A stretch of 64,000 nt of DNA, from positions 2,560,001 through 2,624,000 of the forward strand of contig OZ219802.1 in NCBI GenBank assembly GCA_964291655.2, in the 5' to 3' direction. This document shows, piece after piece, positions 27,531-38,510 of the stretch (its first letter is position 1; every line of letters begins with the position of its first letter). The notes under the pieces were generated by a model that was not told the origin of the DNA, did not search any database, and saw nothing but the letters and a program-made list of their open reading frames with translations. Both the position numbers and the translations under genes were made by a program. This DNA comes from Chloroflexota bacterium. GTDB taxonomy: Bacteria > Chloroflexota > UBA11872 > VXOZ01.

Positions 27531-27777
27531 GAGCGAGCTGGGTAGCAACTCTATCGATGCCAGTGAGTGCCAGAGGGGATGGTCGGGCAGCAGACGTAGG
27601 AGGCGGTATGGTCAGCCGCTTGGCCCATGCCTTCTGTTTCCACGATTCAGTTGGCGGGAGCCTTGGTACTTCACTGGTTGCGAGTGCCCGCTGCGCCTGA
27701 ATTGCCCATTGGTTTTGCCTTAGGCAACTGGAAGCCGTAGCTGACTTTTAAAGCAGTTCCTATCAAAATTGCATCCA

Positions 27778-30700
27778 TTATCGGTTCTCAAAGGGTCTCC
27801 AATATATCAGAATTCTGTTGCGGTTTTGATCGGCCACGTACAGGTTGTCGTTTTCATCGAACGTTGCCGCATACGGCATTGAGCCAAGGTCCTTCAAGAA
27901 TCCGTTTGGGGTAGTGTTTGGACCGAGCGGGCTATCGTAGTAGCCGACGAATCTGGGCGCCATGTAGCTGTTGTAACCCACCACCATTCTGTTCGTGCTG
28001 TCGAAGGCTGGTTCCCACGTGGCAGTCTGCCTTGATCTTAGGTAGACTCTGCCGGTTTCAACCGTTTGACCGGGATCCCAAGCATTTGCAAAGTACCTCT
28101 CTTCCACCGCGCCCAAGTCAGTGAAGACCTTCGTGGCGGCAGGAGCAAAGATGGCTGACGCATTGTCAGCAGTGGTTACGTCCGGAGGGAATACCAAGAG
28201 CCGCCAATTGCCCGCGACTTCCAGTGAGTGGTCGGAGACGAAGAGGTTGCCGAGCCTGTCAATAGTGAGTGCGCCCGGGAAGCAGAGCATGTCGGCTGCA
28301 GGCGCGCCACCTACGTCCTGGGGCCTATCCCACGGCCCAATGTAGGCTCTGCGATTGCACTTGTTCCCCGTCGCACTCTTCTGTCCCAGAATCACGTCAA
28401 CGACAGGTTCACCCAGTGGATTGCGCAGCCGCAGCACGCGGTGATTATACGCATCGCTGATCCACACTGCTTCACCGTTGCCTACGGGGGCTATGCCGCG
28501 AATGTAGGGGCCCCTGGATACGTCCGCCCTTTCTCCTGGGACTCTAAATGTGGTAGGGCCAAGCCAAACCCGTTCACTTGATCCCAGCACCGGAAAGCTT
28601 GCCTGTAAAGTCGAAATGGTCTTTATCGGCTCCGAATGTGTGGTCAAGGGTAGCTGATAGACATTGATGTACCGTGTGACGTCAGTGCCCAAGACCCATA
28701 GCCTTCCCGCCCCATCTACTTTGATCTGGCCGCAGCACGTTTCCCGGGCAGGTGTCCAATGAGTTTCGCCGACCACGCCGTCAGCGGGCTGGCCGTTCCT
28801 GAGCCCGGCTACCCCATTCCAAAAAAGCAACCGCTTGGTATCCGCGGCGATTAGCTGGTCTTTGAATACCGCAACACCTGTTCCGTTGCGGATTTCCCGA
28901 TCCCCCTTAAAGTTGATCCCACCGGGTGGATAGAATAACCGCTTGTCTGGCTCGCCGATAGAGCTCGCTTGCGTATTCAGTCTGCTGGCGGGGAAGCGGT
29001 AAACATCCTGGGCAAATAAAATCAATGGCAACAAGAGATTCCCTGAACTATCGATGCCGATGCCTCCCCCACTTCGGCCCGGTATGGACATGAGTGGCGC
29101 TCCAGTTCCAGAGTCTCGCATGTTCCAGAAAACAAGACCATTGCTATCGGAGCTCGTTATCCACATCCCGTTCTTGATTGGATCTACTTCTAGCGTCGTC
29201 GGGCGGTTTAGGTTGGAACTGAACATGGAAGTTGCCGGCATTCCTGATGAGTATGGAGGCGTGAAGACCAGTATGCGATCGTTGCCTTTGTCGGCTACGT
29301 AAACATGGCCTTGTGCGTCGGACCTGACTGCCGCAGGGGAGTCAAGCTGACTAAGTCCGGTGCCCCATTCATTGCTTTGAAAGTTTGGTTGACCGAGCAC
29401 CAAGTCGGCCTGCTTGGCGATAGAGCCAGTGGCGTGATTCAGGGGAAAGCGCAATACACGATGATTGGCGGCATCCGCCACCCAGAGGTTACCCGCGGGA
29501 TCGGTTTCCACACCGCTGGCGAACCAGCCCAAGCCCACACGAGATCGGAAAGAGCTTGAGTGGAAGCACAGAGTTTCCCGCGTAGGCTGCATGCCGGGTC
29601 TATCGCGGTTGCAGACTATGCCGGAAAAGTCACTTTGTCCCCAGACCTCATCGGCAATGGAGTCAGTCTCGAACGGACGATTGTATTTCAGGACGCGGTT
29701 ATTCAGGGAATCCGGTACGTAGAGGTTGCCGTGGGCGTCGACTGCCATGGTCACGAAGGTGTGTTCTTCGTCCACCGAAATGGCGACATCGGTGATGCCG
29801 CAGAGGGTCTTGGCACTGGCTGCGGCCCGTACGGGATAATTCTGCACATTGGAATCGCCGTTGCAGGCAGAGTGATCGAACGCTGACGGTTGGCCGATAA
29901 CTACGTCTGCCGAACAGGGTCCCTCCCCGGCATAACACGTGCTCAGGTCAATTCCCAAGATTCGGCTGTTGCCTGCGTCCCAAATGTAGGCCCTGCCCGG
30001 AGAAACTGAGCGATCGACAACCACACCGCCCGGGTTGAACACCTTGAATGGTACTACTTGCTCCTCAGAGACTTGCGAAAAGTCCGGCTGGCCGATGATG
30101 ACGTCGGCCCAGAGGTCACCGGATACGCCTCTGACAGCTTTCGTGCGGGGAAAGGGAGCGAAGTCATTCAGAATCCGAGGTTTGCCCATCAGGTCTGTAA
30201 ATGCCGACCGCGAGTTGCGCGCCCAGTCAATGAGGTCTGAAACCCTATTCAGCTCAAACTCAAAGCCTCGATATAGCGGCGGCTGGCTGCGAATGCCGTC
30301 ACGCACCCAGGGCAGTGCCGCTATCGCCGCCGCAGCCTCGGGATCGCTGCGTCTCAGAGACAAGAGAGCGGCAACTACTGTGACGTTCTTGGCAGTGGCT
30401 AAGCCTAACGCGGGGTGAGATAGCGTCTCTTGCAGTGCGTTTGAGTTGAATCCCAATTCGACGTTCAGCGCTCGCAAGGCATCCACGTCTGCACGTTCAA
30501 TGCTGAACAAGAAGTGTGTGCGGATAAGCTGCAGCACGCCAGATTCATCAATGGCACTCATGGCAACAAGCTGTTCGAGTGCTGCCAACTCTACCTCGTT
30601 GCGTGGAGGCAGCCATTTCATCCGAGACGCAATCAAAGTGCCCAAGGCGTGAGGAGACCTTCCACCGAGCTCCTGCAATGACGCAACAGCTTGCTCTTCC

Positions 30701-31158
30701 AAGCTCGTCAAGCCGTCCCGCACCCACGGCAGGTTCTGCAATATTTGTACCGCCATGGCGGACGCATCCGGGGTCGGAGTAGGTGGAGGCGTCGGGATGG
30801 GAGTAGGCGTTGCGATGCCACCGCCGGGGGCGTAGTCGGCTTCCCACGCAAAGCGCTCGGTGTCGAGGCGCTGTTCCAGGCCGTTGGGGCCGTCGATCCA
30901 GGTGCGGTAGCCGTCGGTGAAGGCGGTCCGGTTATCGGCTTTGCGCCAGACCAGGAGGCCGCCGGTGGTTTGTTGCAGGGCATCGCCGTTGGCGCCGTGG
31001 CGCTCGTTTTCCAGGCACTCGCCTACGATGTCATGGCCGATAAGGTCGCGGAGAGTCGCAAAGCCGAGCACGAACTGGCACTCCGCGGCTACGGCAGTAC
31101 TGGGCAGGAGAAGAAAGAGAGCCAAGGCAAGGAGCAGGGCAATTCGTTTCACTGTCAC
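27778..31158 (-). CDS. Secreted NHL-repeat (beta-propeller) protein with N-terminal CQFVLGF module
   Basis: Signal peptide; repeated VDxxGNLYVxDxxNNRVL and ADxVxGQPDF motifs; PT-rich linker. Confidence 0.85.
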   Translation of the reverse strand: MTVKRIALLLALALFLLLPSTAVAAECQFVLGFATLRDLIGHDIVGECLENERHGANGDALQQTTGGLLVWRKADNRTAFTDGYRTWIDGPNGLEQRLDTERFAWEADYAPGGGIATPTPIPTPPPTPTPDASAMAVQILQNLPWVRDGLTSLEEQAVASLQELGGRSPHALGTLIASRMKWLPPRNEVELAALEQLVAMSAIDESGVLQLIRTHFLFSIERADVDALRALNVELGFNSNALQETLSHPALGLATAKNVTVVAALLSLRRSDPEAAAAIAALPWVRDGIRSQPPLYRGFEFELNRVSDLIDWARNSRSAFTDLMGKPRILNDFAPFPRTKAVRGVSGDLWADVIIGQPDFSQVSEEQVVPFKVFNPGGVVVDRSVSPGRAYIWDAGNSRILGIDLSTCYAGEGPCSADVVIGQPSAFDHSACNGDSNVQNYPVRAAASAKTLCGITDVAISVDEEHTFVTMAVDAHGNLYVPDSLNNRVLKYNRPFETDSIADEVWGQSDFSGIVCNRDRPGMQPTRETLCFHSSSFRSRVGLGWFASGVETDPAGNLWVADAANHRVLRFPLNHATGSIAKQADLVLGQPNFQSNEWGTGLSQLDSPAAVRSDAQGHVYVADKGNDRILVFTPPYSSGMPATSMFSSNLNRPTTLEVDPIKNGMWITSSDSNGLVFWNMRDSGTGAPLMSIPGRSGGGIGIDSSGNLLLPLILFAQDVYRFPASRLNTQASSIGEPDKRLFYPPGGINFKGDREIRNGTGVAVFKDQLIAADTKRLLFWNGVAGLRNGQPADGVVGETHWTPARETCCGQIKVDGAGRLWVLGTDVTRYINVYQLPLTTHSEPIKTISTLQASFPVLGSSERVWLGPTTFRVPGERADVSRGPYIRGIAPVGNGEAVWISDAYNHRVLRLRNPLGEPVVDVILGQKSATGNKCNRRAYIGPWDRPQDVGGAPAADMLCFPGALTIDRLGNLFVSDHSLEVAGNWRLLVFPPDVTTADNASAIFAPAATKVFTDLGAVEERYFANAWDPGQTVETGRVYLRSRQTATWEPAFDSTNRMVVGYNSYMAPRFVGYYDSPLGPNTTPNGFLKDLGSMPYAATFDENDNLYVADQNRNRILIYWRPFENR

Positions 31159-31476
31159 CTCTCCAATTATTCCGCAGTAGGTCGAAAGGATAGCCTAGTA
31201 CTGGGTGCAGCGTACAGAAGCAGCGAAACCATTGTACCTGAGAGGTCAATACGAATGCTGAATATATTGCCGAGTGCAGGGCAAGTAGGGAATTGCGCGA
31301 AGAAGGGGCGCAGCCGCAACAGAAGTAGATGTGCCGAGTTTACTTGGGGCAGGGATGCGGCCGGCGCAGGTTACGTACAGACTAGGCGTGGCTTTGCAGC
31401 GCCTACAGCGGTCGCACATTCTGATGCAATGGCGGTATTTGCAGTTCAAGCCATGCAATTGTGGAGAACTCTGCGG

Positions 31477-34400
31477 CTAGCGGGATGGGTTGTTGAACGG
31501 TTTCCAGTATATGAGCACCCTATTGCGATTGAGGTCGGCGACGTACAGGTTATCGTTTTCGTCGAATGTGGCCGCGTATGGCATCGAGCCCAAGTCGTTG
31601 AAGAAGCCGCTGGGCACGGTGCTCGGGCCGAGAGGATCGTCGTAGAACCCGACGAATCTCAGCCCCATGTAGCTGTTGAAACCCACCACCATCCTGTTCG
31701 TGCTATCGAATGCGGGTTCCCAGGCGGCAACCCTGTCTACCTGCGAGTGACCGCTTACCTTTGTAGCGTGTCTCGGCTCAAAACGTCGTGGCTGGAGGTA
31801 TTTGCCTTTTACTACGCCCAAGCTATCAATTACTTTGGTCGCGGAGGGCGCATAGATCACTGTTTGATTGTCGAATGGGATTGAGCCGGCTGCAAAGACG
31901 AGGAGCCGATTGTTGCCGGCTACTTCCAGTGAGTGGTCGGAGACATAGAGGTTGCCAAGCCGGTCAATAGAGAGCGCGCCCGGGAAGCAGAGCATGTCGG
32001 CTGTCGGCGGACTGGTGGAGTCTTCAGGATTATCCCAAGCGCCAATATGTGCTTGACGATTGCACTTGGTACCCGTCACACTTTTCTGTCCTAGGATTAC
32101 GTCAACGACAGGATCGCTAAGGGGATCGCGAATGCGCAAGACGCGATGGCTGTACGCATCGCTTATCCAGACAGACTCGCCACTGCCTACCGGCGCGATG
32201 CCGCGAATAAAGGGACCTGCTGTCGCCTCTGTACTGCGCTCAGGGGCTTGAAATGTGGTGGGGCCGAGTGTGACCGTTTTGTTTGTTCCGAGTACCGGGA
32301 AGCTCGCTCCCTTCGTTTCTATAGTCTTAATGGGGACAGATTGTGCAGTGAGCGGTAATTCATAGACTTTGATATACCGCGTTTCATCGGTGCCAAGGAC
32401 CCACAACCTTCCCGCTCCATCCACTTTGATCTGGCCACAGCACCTTTCCCAATCCGGCGACCAGTGGGTCTCACCAACGATGCCATCAGCAACCTCGCCA
32501 TTCTTAAGGTCAGAAACTCCGTTCCAAAACAACAATCGCTTCGTGTCCGCCGCGATGAGTTGGTCTTGATATACCGCCAGGCCGATTCCGTTGCGTAGCT
32601 CTCTATCTCCCTGGTAGTTGATTCCGCCGGGTGGGTAAAACAGGCGCTTATCCGGCAAACTAACCACCCCACTGCCTATCTCCGGGATAGGAGCTGGAAA
32701 GCGTAGGACGTCCTGGGTGAAACGGACTACCGGCATCAGCACATTCGCTTCAGAATCGATGCCGATCCCGCCTCCACTAATGCACGTACCTGGATTGCCG
32801 GGGACGCTCGTTAGATTGAGACCCCCACACTTACCATCCGGTTGGTACGCATTCTTCCCAAGGACCTTTCGTACATTAATGCCATCCCAATCCCAAAGCT
32901 CGAGCATCTTGTTTTCGGAGTCGTTTACCCACAGACCGTCGTTGTTAGGGTCGATTTCGATTGAAGTCGGACGGCTAAATTTGGAACCAAAATCGGAAGT
33001 TGCTGCCATACCCGAACTGAAAGGAGGCGTGAAGACCAAAACACGGTTGTTGCCCTTATCAGCCACGTATACGTGCCCTCTGGGGTCGACTCTAATCGCC
33101 GCCGGTGAATCGAGCCGGTCAAGTCCATCGCCCCACTCTTTACTGCGAAAGTCTGGTTGACCGAGCACCAGATCAGCCTGTTTGGCGATGGCGCCAGTGG
33201 AGCGATCTAGGGAGAAGCGAAGCACGCGATGATTGGCGGCGTCCGCGACCCAGAGGTTGCCAGCGGGATCGACTTCCACACCACTAGCGAACCAGCCCGT
33301 ACGGAATCTAAAGGACCACGTATTGAAGCAAAGCGTTTCCCGGGTGGGTGAGAATTCTGGAAAATCCCGGTTGCAGACCATGCCCGAGAAGTCCTGCTGT
33401 CCCCAAACCTCATCGGCTATTGAGTCGGTCTCGAACGGGCGCTCATACTTGAGCACGCGATTATTGAGGGAATCCGGCACATACAAGTTGCCTTGGTCGT
33501 CGACCGCCATAGTCACGTAGGTGTGTTCTTCATCCACGGAAATTGCAACGTCAGGGATACCACAGAGAGTTTCGGCGCTGGGGGCAGGGCGCATGGGGAA
33601 GCCCTGTACATTGGAGTCTCCGTTGCAGGCGGAGTGATCAAATGCCGTTGGTTGGCCGATGACTACGTCTGCCGAACATGGTCCCTCCCCGGCATAACAC
33701 GTGCGCAGATCAATACCGAGAATTCGGCTGTTGCCTGCGTCCCAAATGTAGGCCCTGCCCGGAGAAACTGAGCGATCGACAACGACGCCGCCCGGATTGA
33801 ACACCTTGAACGGCACCACCTGCACTTCAGAGACCTGCGAAAAGTCCGGTTGGCCGATGATGACGTCGGCCCAGAGGTCGCCGGCCACGCCTCTGACCGC
33901 CTTCGTGCGGGGAAAGGGTGCAAAGTCGTTCAGAATCGAGGGTTTGCTAATCAAGTTGGTGAACGTCTGTGGGGATCTGCGTGCCCAGTCTATGAGATCC
34001 AACACTCTATTCAGTTCGAATTCGTACTCAGTCTTGAGCAGAGAGAGGCTACTGCCGTAGCGCACCCAGGGCAGTGCCCTGATCGCCGTCGCAGCCTTGG
34101 GATCGCTGCGCCTAAGGGACGCGAGCGCGGCGACAACTGCGGGGTTCTTCACGACAGCCTTGCGTAACGGCGACCGTGCGAGCGCCTCCTGGAGCGCATG
34201 AGGATTGGATTCCAACTCGGTGCGCAGCGCCTCAATCACGTCCAAGTCGACGGTTTCAATGGTAGAAAAGAAGGTCATGTCAATGAGCCGCTGCACGCCG
34301 GCTGCGTCAATGGCACTCATGGCAACGAGCTGTTCGAGCGTCGCGAGTTCCACTGCATTGCGGGGCGGTAGCCAGCTCCTGCGAGAGTCCAAGAGGGTAC

Positions 34401-34854
34401 GCAGGACTTGAGAGGAATTCTTCGTCAACGCTTGCAGAGACGCAACCCCGTGCGTTTCCAGGTCGGTCAACCCGTCCTGCACCCAAGGCAGTGCTGCTAT
34501 TGCCTGTTCCGCTTCCCATGGCAAGAATTCAGTGTTGAGCCGCTGTTCCAGGCCGTTGGGGCCGTTGATCCAGGTGCGGTAGCCGTCGGTGAAGGCGGTC
34601 CAGTTGTCGGCTTTGCGCCAGACCAGGAGGCCGCCGGTGGTTTGTTGCAGGCCGTCGCCGTTGGCGCCGTGGTGCTCGTTCTCCAAGCATTCACCGACGA
34701 TCTCGTGGCCGATGAGGTCGCGCAGCGCCTTGAAGCCCAGGACGAACTGGCACTCCGCCGCCGAGAGAGATGTCGGCAGGAGCAGGAACAGAGCGAAGCC
34801 CAGTAGTACCGCAAGACGTCTAATAGCGGACTCTCCGGTCCCTATCAAGGGCAT
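31477..34854 (-). CDS. Secreted NHL-repeat protein, tandem paralog of 27778-31158
   Basis: Same architecture and long near-identical stretches. Confidence 0.85.
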   Translation of the reverse strand: MPLIGTGESAIRRLAVLLGFALFLLLPTSLSAAECQFVLGFKALRDLIGHEIVGECLENEHHGANGDGLQQTTGGLLVWRKADNWTAFTDGYRTWINGPNGLEQRLNTEFLPWEAEQAIAALPWVQDGLTDLETHGVASLQALTKNSSQVLRTLLDSRRSWLPPRNAVELATLEQLVAMSAIDAAGVQRLIDMTFFSTIETVDLDVIEALRTELESNPHALQEALARSPLRKAVVKNPAVVAALASLRRSDPKAATAIRALPWVRYGSSLSLLKTEYEFELNRVLDLIDWARRSPQTFTNLISKPSILNDFAPFPRTKAVRGVAGDLWADVIIGQPDFSQVSEVQVVPFKVFNPGGVVVDRSVSPGRAYIWDAGNSRILGIDLRTCYAGEGPCSADVVIGQPTAFDHSACNGDSNVQGFPMRPAPSAETLCGIPDVAISVDEEHTYVTMAVDDQGNLYVPDSLNNRVLKYERPFETDSIADEVWGQQDFSGMVCNRDFPEFSPTRETLCFNTWSFRFRTGWFASGVEVDPAGNLWVADAANHRVLRFSLDRSTGAIAKQADLVLGQPDFRSKEWGDGLDRLDSPAAIRVDPRGHVYVADKGNNRVLVFTPPFSSGMAATSDFGSKFSRPTSIEIDPNNDGLWVNDSENKMLELWDWDGINVRKVLGKNAYQPDGKCGGLNLTSVPGNPGTCISGGGIGIDSEANVLMPVVRFTQDVLRFPAPIPEIGSGVVSLPDKRLFYPPGGINYQGDRELRNGIGLAVYQDQLIAADTKRLLFWNGVSDLKNGEVADGIVGETHWSPDWERCCGQIKVDGAGRLWVLGTDETRYIKVYELPLTAQSVPIKTIETKGASFPVLGTNKTVTLGPTTFQAPERSTEATAGPFIRGIAPVGSGESVWISDAYSHRVLRIRDPLSDPVVDVILGQKSVTGTKCNRQAHIGAWDNPEDSTSPPTADMLCFPGALSIDRLGNLYVSDHSLEVAGNNRLLVFAAGSIPFDNQTVIYAPSATKVIDSLGVVKGKYLQPRRFEPRHATKVSGHSQVDRVAAWEPAFDSTNRMVVGFNSYMGLRFVGFYDDPLGPSTVPSGFFNDLGSMPYAATFDENDNLYVADLNRNRVLIYWKPFNNPSR

Positions 34855-35360
34855 ATTGAGTCAGGCTTCGAATAGTTAGCTATGTTTGGCGACTACTATG
34901 CAGTTTCAATCAGACCTTTACGATCATACTCCATAACTAGTGTAATGTAAACATTTAATGTTTTGACATATCTGCCGCGTTTACGGCTTGTGCCGCAACT
35001 AAGATGATCTGGCGGCTTCCTCGCAATGCTCGCGGCTTGCTTGCGCTTGCCAAGCTGGTATACTACTTCCAATGATGGTCGCCGACCTTGTGGAGCATCC
35101 GGTGGTGAAAACGCTGTTAGCGGCTTGTGTATCAACGTTCAAGCCGGAAACTAAGGTGAAAGGAGGATGAGCGACAGCGCTTGCATCAGGGGATACGTTT
35201 TGATAGAGAATGCTCCCGCGATGCTGTCAACAGGCTTGCTCTGAGCGTTTCAGGTGGACTATGAGATGGGCGCGAACAGGAAGACGTTTGCGGCTGGCGG
35301 TGCCAGTACTTTGAGACGGATGACGATGAATTTGCATAGATATACCCGGAGGAAGAATAC

Positions 35361-36752
35361 GTGAAAGCAAGAGTAACTCGACGAACATTGCTCGGCGGCA
35401 GCTTGGTGGCTGGCGCCGGTTTGCTCGCGGCCGCGTGCGGGCAGGCCGTAACTACGATGCCGGCCGAGGGCGAAGCCCCGGCAGCCCAGGAAGAGGCTAA
35501 GCCGGCTGAGGAAACCAAGGCCGCGGAGCCGAAGACGGTACGCTACCTCCACTACACCACCACGCAGGCGGTGTGGGAGGACAACTTCGGCCAGATTTTC
35601 GATAATTTCCGGGCGCAATTCCCCGAAGCTATCCTGGAAGTGGACCCGGTAACCGGCGGTTTTGGCGTGCTCATCGAGAAAGCCGTGAGTTCGTTTGCGG
35701 GCAACGTGCCCATTGACATGTACTACGGCCACTTCTCCTATATCAGCCAGTTTGCGCAGAACGAGATGATCCAGCCGCTGGACCCGTTCATCGCGAAAGA
35801 CGGTGACGTGTCCCGCGACGATTTCTACGATCATGCGCTGGAGAAGATCGCCGGTCAGATTTACGGCATTGCCTGGTTCAACCAGGGCAAGGAATTTTGG
35901 TACAACGCAGACCAGGCAACTGAAGCCGGTCTCACCTCGCCGGCCGATCTGGCGGCGGAGGGCAAGTGGACGTGGGACGCTGCGCTTGAGTTTGCGCAGA
36001 AGCTCACCAAGAAGGAAGGCGCAAACACCACGCGCTGGGGCTTCTTCTACGCCTACCATTCCACCGGCTGGTTCGGGCATCACCTGAAGGCCTGGGGCGC
36101 GGACTGGTGGAACGCCGACATCAGCGCGGCGACGATGACCACGCCCGAATTCGCGGCTGCGGTTTCGGCCGCACAGGACCTGGTTACGAAGCACGAAGTC
36201 TCGCCGCGCATCAGTACGCCGCGTGAGAATGACGCTGCGGCTTCATTCGAAGAAGAGACCCTCTCGTCGCGCCTGGCAAGCGGCGCCAATACGCGCAGCT
36301 TCCAAGCGAACATCATGTCCAAGGATAATCCCTTTAACATTGGGCACACGCTGCTGCCCGAGGGTCCCGGCGGACGCACCACCATTCAGGCGTTGAACGC
36401 GAACTATCTGAGTTCATCGGCGCCACAAGCGGATCTAGCCTGGGAACTCTATAAGATTCTCGTTGGGCCGGAATCCGACCAGCAGATTGCTCAGCTCGGC
36501 GGCCGCCGCTACACGGCCAGCCGCAAGCAGAGCCCGGTGACCCTGTGGCCCTATGAGGATGCCAATGTCTACGCCCAGATGGCGGAGCTAAGCGAGGGCG
36601 CCAAGCAGATTGTGAAGCAATCTGAGGTCAATGGCGCTTGGAGTCAGGGCTGGAAAGACATCGAGGACGGCGCGCGCACCATCCAGGATGTCCAGGACGA
36701 GTTGCAACAAGTGGCTACGGTTGCCCTGGAAGAGGGTGGCTGCATCTGCTAG
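35361..36752 (+). CDS. Extracellular solute-binding protein (Tat lipoprotein)
   Basis: TRRTLL, AAAC; YLHxTTxQAVW and YYGHFSYISQFA shared with the 19547 paralog; GGAGG RBS; C-terminal GGCIC. Confidence 0.88.
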   Translation: MKARVTRRTLLGGSLVAGAGLLAAACGQAVTTMPAEGEAPAAQEEAKPAEETKAAEPKTVRYLHYTTTQAVWEDNFGQIFDNFRAQFPEAILEVDPVTGGFGVLIEKAVSSFAGNVPIDMYYGHFSYISQFAQNEMIQPLDPFIAKDGDVSRDDFYDHALEKIAGQIYGIAWFNQGKEFWYNADQATEAGLTSPADLAAEGKWTWDAALEFAQKLTKKEGANTTRWGFFYAYHSTGWFGHHLKAWGADWWNADISAATMTTPEFAAAVSAAQDLVTKHEVSPRISTPRENDAAASFEEETLSSRLASGANTRSFQANIMSKDNPFNIGHTLLPEGPGGRTTIQALNANYLSSSAPQADLAWELYKILVGPESDQQIAQLGGRRYTASRKQSPVTLWPYEDANVYAQMAELSEGAKQIVKQSEVNGAWSQGWKDIEDGARTIQDVQDELQQVATVALEEGGCIC

Positions 36753-36783
36753 CTTTAGGCTCTTGCCGTAGGCGTTGAAGAAT

Positions 36784-36813
36784 GAGAGGGACACGAGAGA
36801 TCGTGTCCCTCTC
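36784..36813 (+). terminator. Hairpin after the solute-binding protein gene
   Basis: Stem gagagggacacga-gaga-tcgtgtccctctc. Confidence 0.6.
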
Positions 36814-37192
36814 GGTCTGTGGTGAGACGGACGCAGGTTGCGAACCCGCGCCACTCTATAATTGAAGGATGCTTAGTAACCGTCTCTCTGGATTCCCTAG
36901 TGGTACCACTGGGATTCGCCCCCTTGGAACGATTAAATGCCGGTTGGGGCACGAAATGTCGTGCCCCTACATGGGCAGCGACCAGGATAGGAGCAGGGCT
37001 CGCCATGCTGTGGCGTTGACAGCGAGCGAAGGCCCTCGCGCATCTTAGCGAGGCCAAGCGCATCCGTGCACAGGAGTCACGCGTGCGGTACTATCTCACT
37101 CATGGAAAGCCTCGGTTTTGGCAGTGTTCTCCATTGAACGGTTGATTTTGCAATCGGAAACTCTAAGCTTAACGAAAGGATAGCGGTAGCCA

Positions 37193-38182
37193 ATGGCGTA
37201 CAGAGTTGGCTTGGTTGGCGTAGAGCAGCACGTGCCGCACGTGATTGCGGGCATAGATGAATCGGATGAGATTGAGCTCGTGGCGGTTGCTCAAGCAGGC
37301 ACTCGCGCCGGTGAGCTGGAGGAAAAATACGGCGCGCGAATTTACGACGACCACACGACAATGTTTGCCCGGGAGCAACTCGACGTGGCGGCGGTCTGTC
37401 TGATTCCCGCCGAGCAGGGACGGGTTGTGATTGACGCGTTGAATGCGGGACTGCACGTCACCGCCGACAAGCCCTTGATGATCACACAGGAAGAGCTTGA
37501 CGCCACCGCGGCGTTGGTGAAACTGCATCCGGACCACAAGGTCGGGCAGCTCTTCACACTGCGGGGGACGCCCGGTTACGCGAAGCTGCACGAGATCGTG
37601 CGCAGCGGCGCTATTGGCGACGTCGTGCAGAGCTACGGCCTGCGCTCAGCCTTGGAGAAGCGCGAGCAGCGCGCCCCGTGGTTCTTCGACGAGCGGCTCT
37701 CCGGCGGCCCTATTCCCGATCTGCTCATTCACGACATCGACGCCCTCCGCTGGATTACGGGTCTGGAATACACACACGTGCTGGCACGGGAGTCCAACTT
37801 CGCCCGGCCCGACGATCCTTACTACCGCAATGCCGGTCAACTCTACTTCCTGCAAGAGCGGAACGCGACCGCCATCATGGAGCACCACCGCCTGGTGAGC
37901 CCGGCGTTTGCGGGCATGGACTGCCGCATGAAGGTGGTGGGCACCGATGGGCAGGTGGAGATTACGGCCAAGGGCGAGGTGATTCTCTACAATAGCGACC
38001 ATGCGGGGCAGGTGACAGATTTGCCCAGCGCGCAAAACGTGTTCGCCGATTTCGCGATTAAGGCTTGCTCCGGTCAGGAGCCGCTGGTGGACACCGCGAG
38101 CGCGTTGCAGTCCATGCAGGTGGCGCTCACTGCCAAGGCGGCGGCAGAGGCGGACGCGTTGGTAGCGATCCCACAAATCTAG
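37193..38182 (+). CDS. Gfo/Idh/MocA family oxidoreductase
   Basis: VGLVG, HVTADKP, SGGPIPDLLIHDID. Confidence 0.9.
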   Translation: MAYRVGLVGVEQHVPHVIAGIDESDEIELVAVAQAGTRAGELEEKYGARIYDDHTTMFAREQLDVAAVCLIPAEQGRVVIDALNAGLHVTADKPLMITQEELDATAALVKLHPDHKVGQLFTLRGTPGYAKLHEIVRSGAIGDVVQSYGLRSALEKREQRAPWFFDERLSGGPIPDLLIHDIDALRWITGLEYTHVLARESNFARPDDPYYRNAGQLYFLQERNATAIMEHHRLVSPAFAGMDCRMKVVGTDGQVEITAKGEVILYNSDHAGQVTDLPSAQNVFADFAIKACSGQEPLVDTASALQSMQVALTAKAAAEADALVAIPQI

Positions 38183-38262
38183 TCTCTTGCTCTCTTTCCA
38201 AATGCCGGGGTAGTGGAAATTTATCAATGACTGGCTCTGGGAGCCAAGCAGTGGCTTAGGAT

Positions 38263-38510
38263 GGCCTTCGACAGGCTCAGGCCGAACGGAGGCTAGGCTC
38301 TCACTGTTTTGGAAGGAGAGTCTCTGCACACTGGTGGGTTGGCCTTCGACAGGCTCAGGCCGAACGATAGAGTAGGTTCTGGTGTGGGCGGGCCTAAAGG
38401 CTCAGGCCGAACGGCAGAGTAAGTTCTGGTGTGGGCGGGCCTAAAGGCTCAGGCCGAACGGTAAAGTAGGTTCCGGCGTGGGTGGGCCTAAAGGCTCAGG
38501 CCGAACGGTG
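38263..38510. repeat. Tandem array of REP-derived units (core aggctcaggccgaacg, five copies)
   Basis: Cores at ~38272, 38351, 38398, 38445 and 38492 (spacings 79, 47, 47, 47); the 47-bp units are nearly identical. Confidence 0.85.

Noticed and set aside
27778-34854. Diversity-generating retroelement acting on the paralog pairs
   Set aside because: No reverse transcriptase, and the differences are not adenine-specific or confined to a short TR/VR pair.
38263-38510. CRISPR array
   Set aside because: The intervening sequences are near-identical rather than unique spacers, the core matches a dispersed REP family, and no cas genes are in the window.
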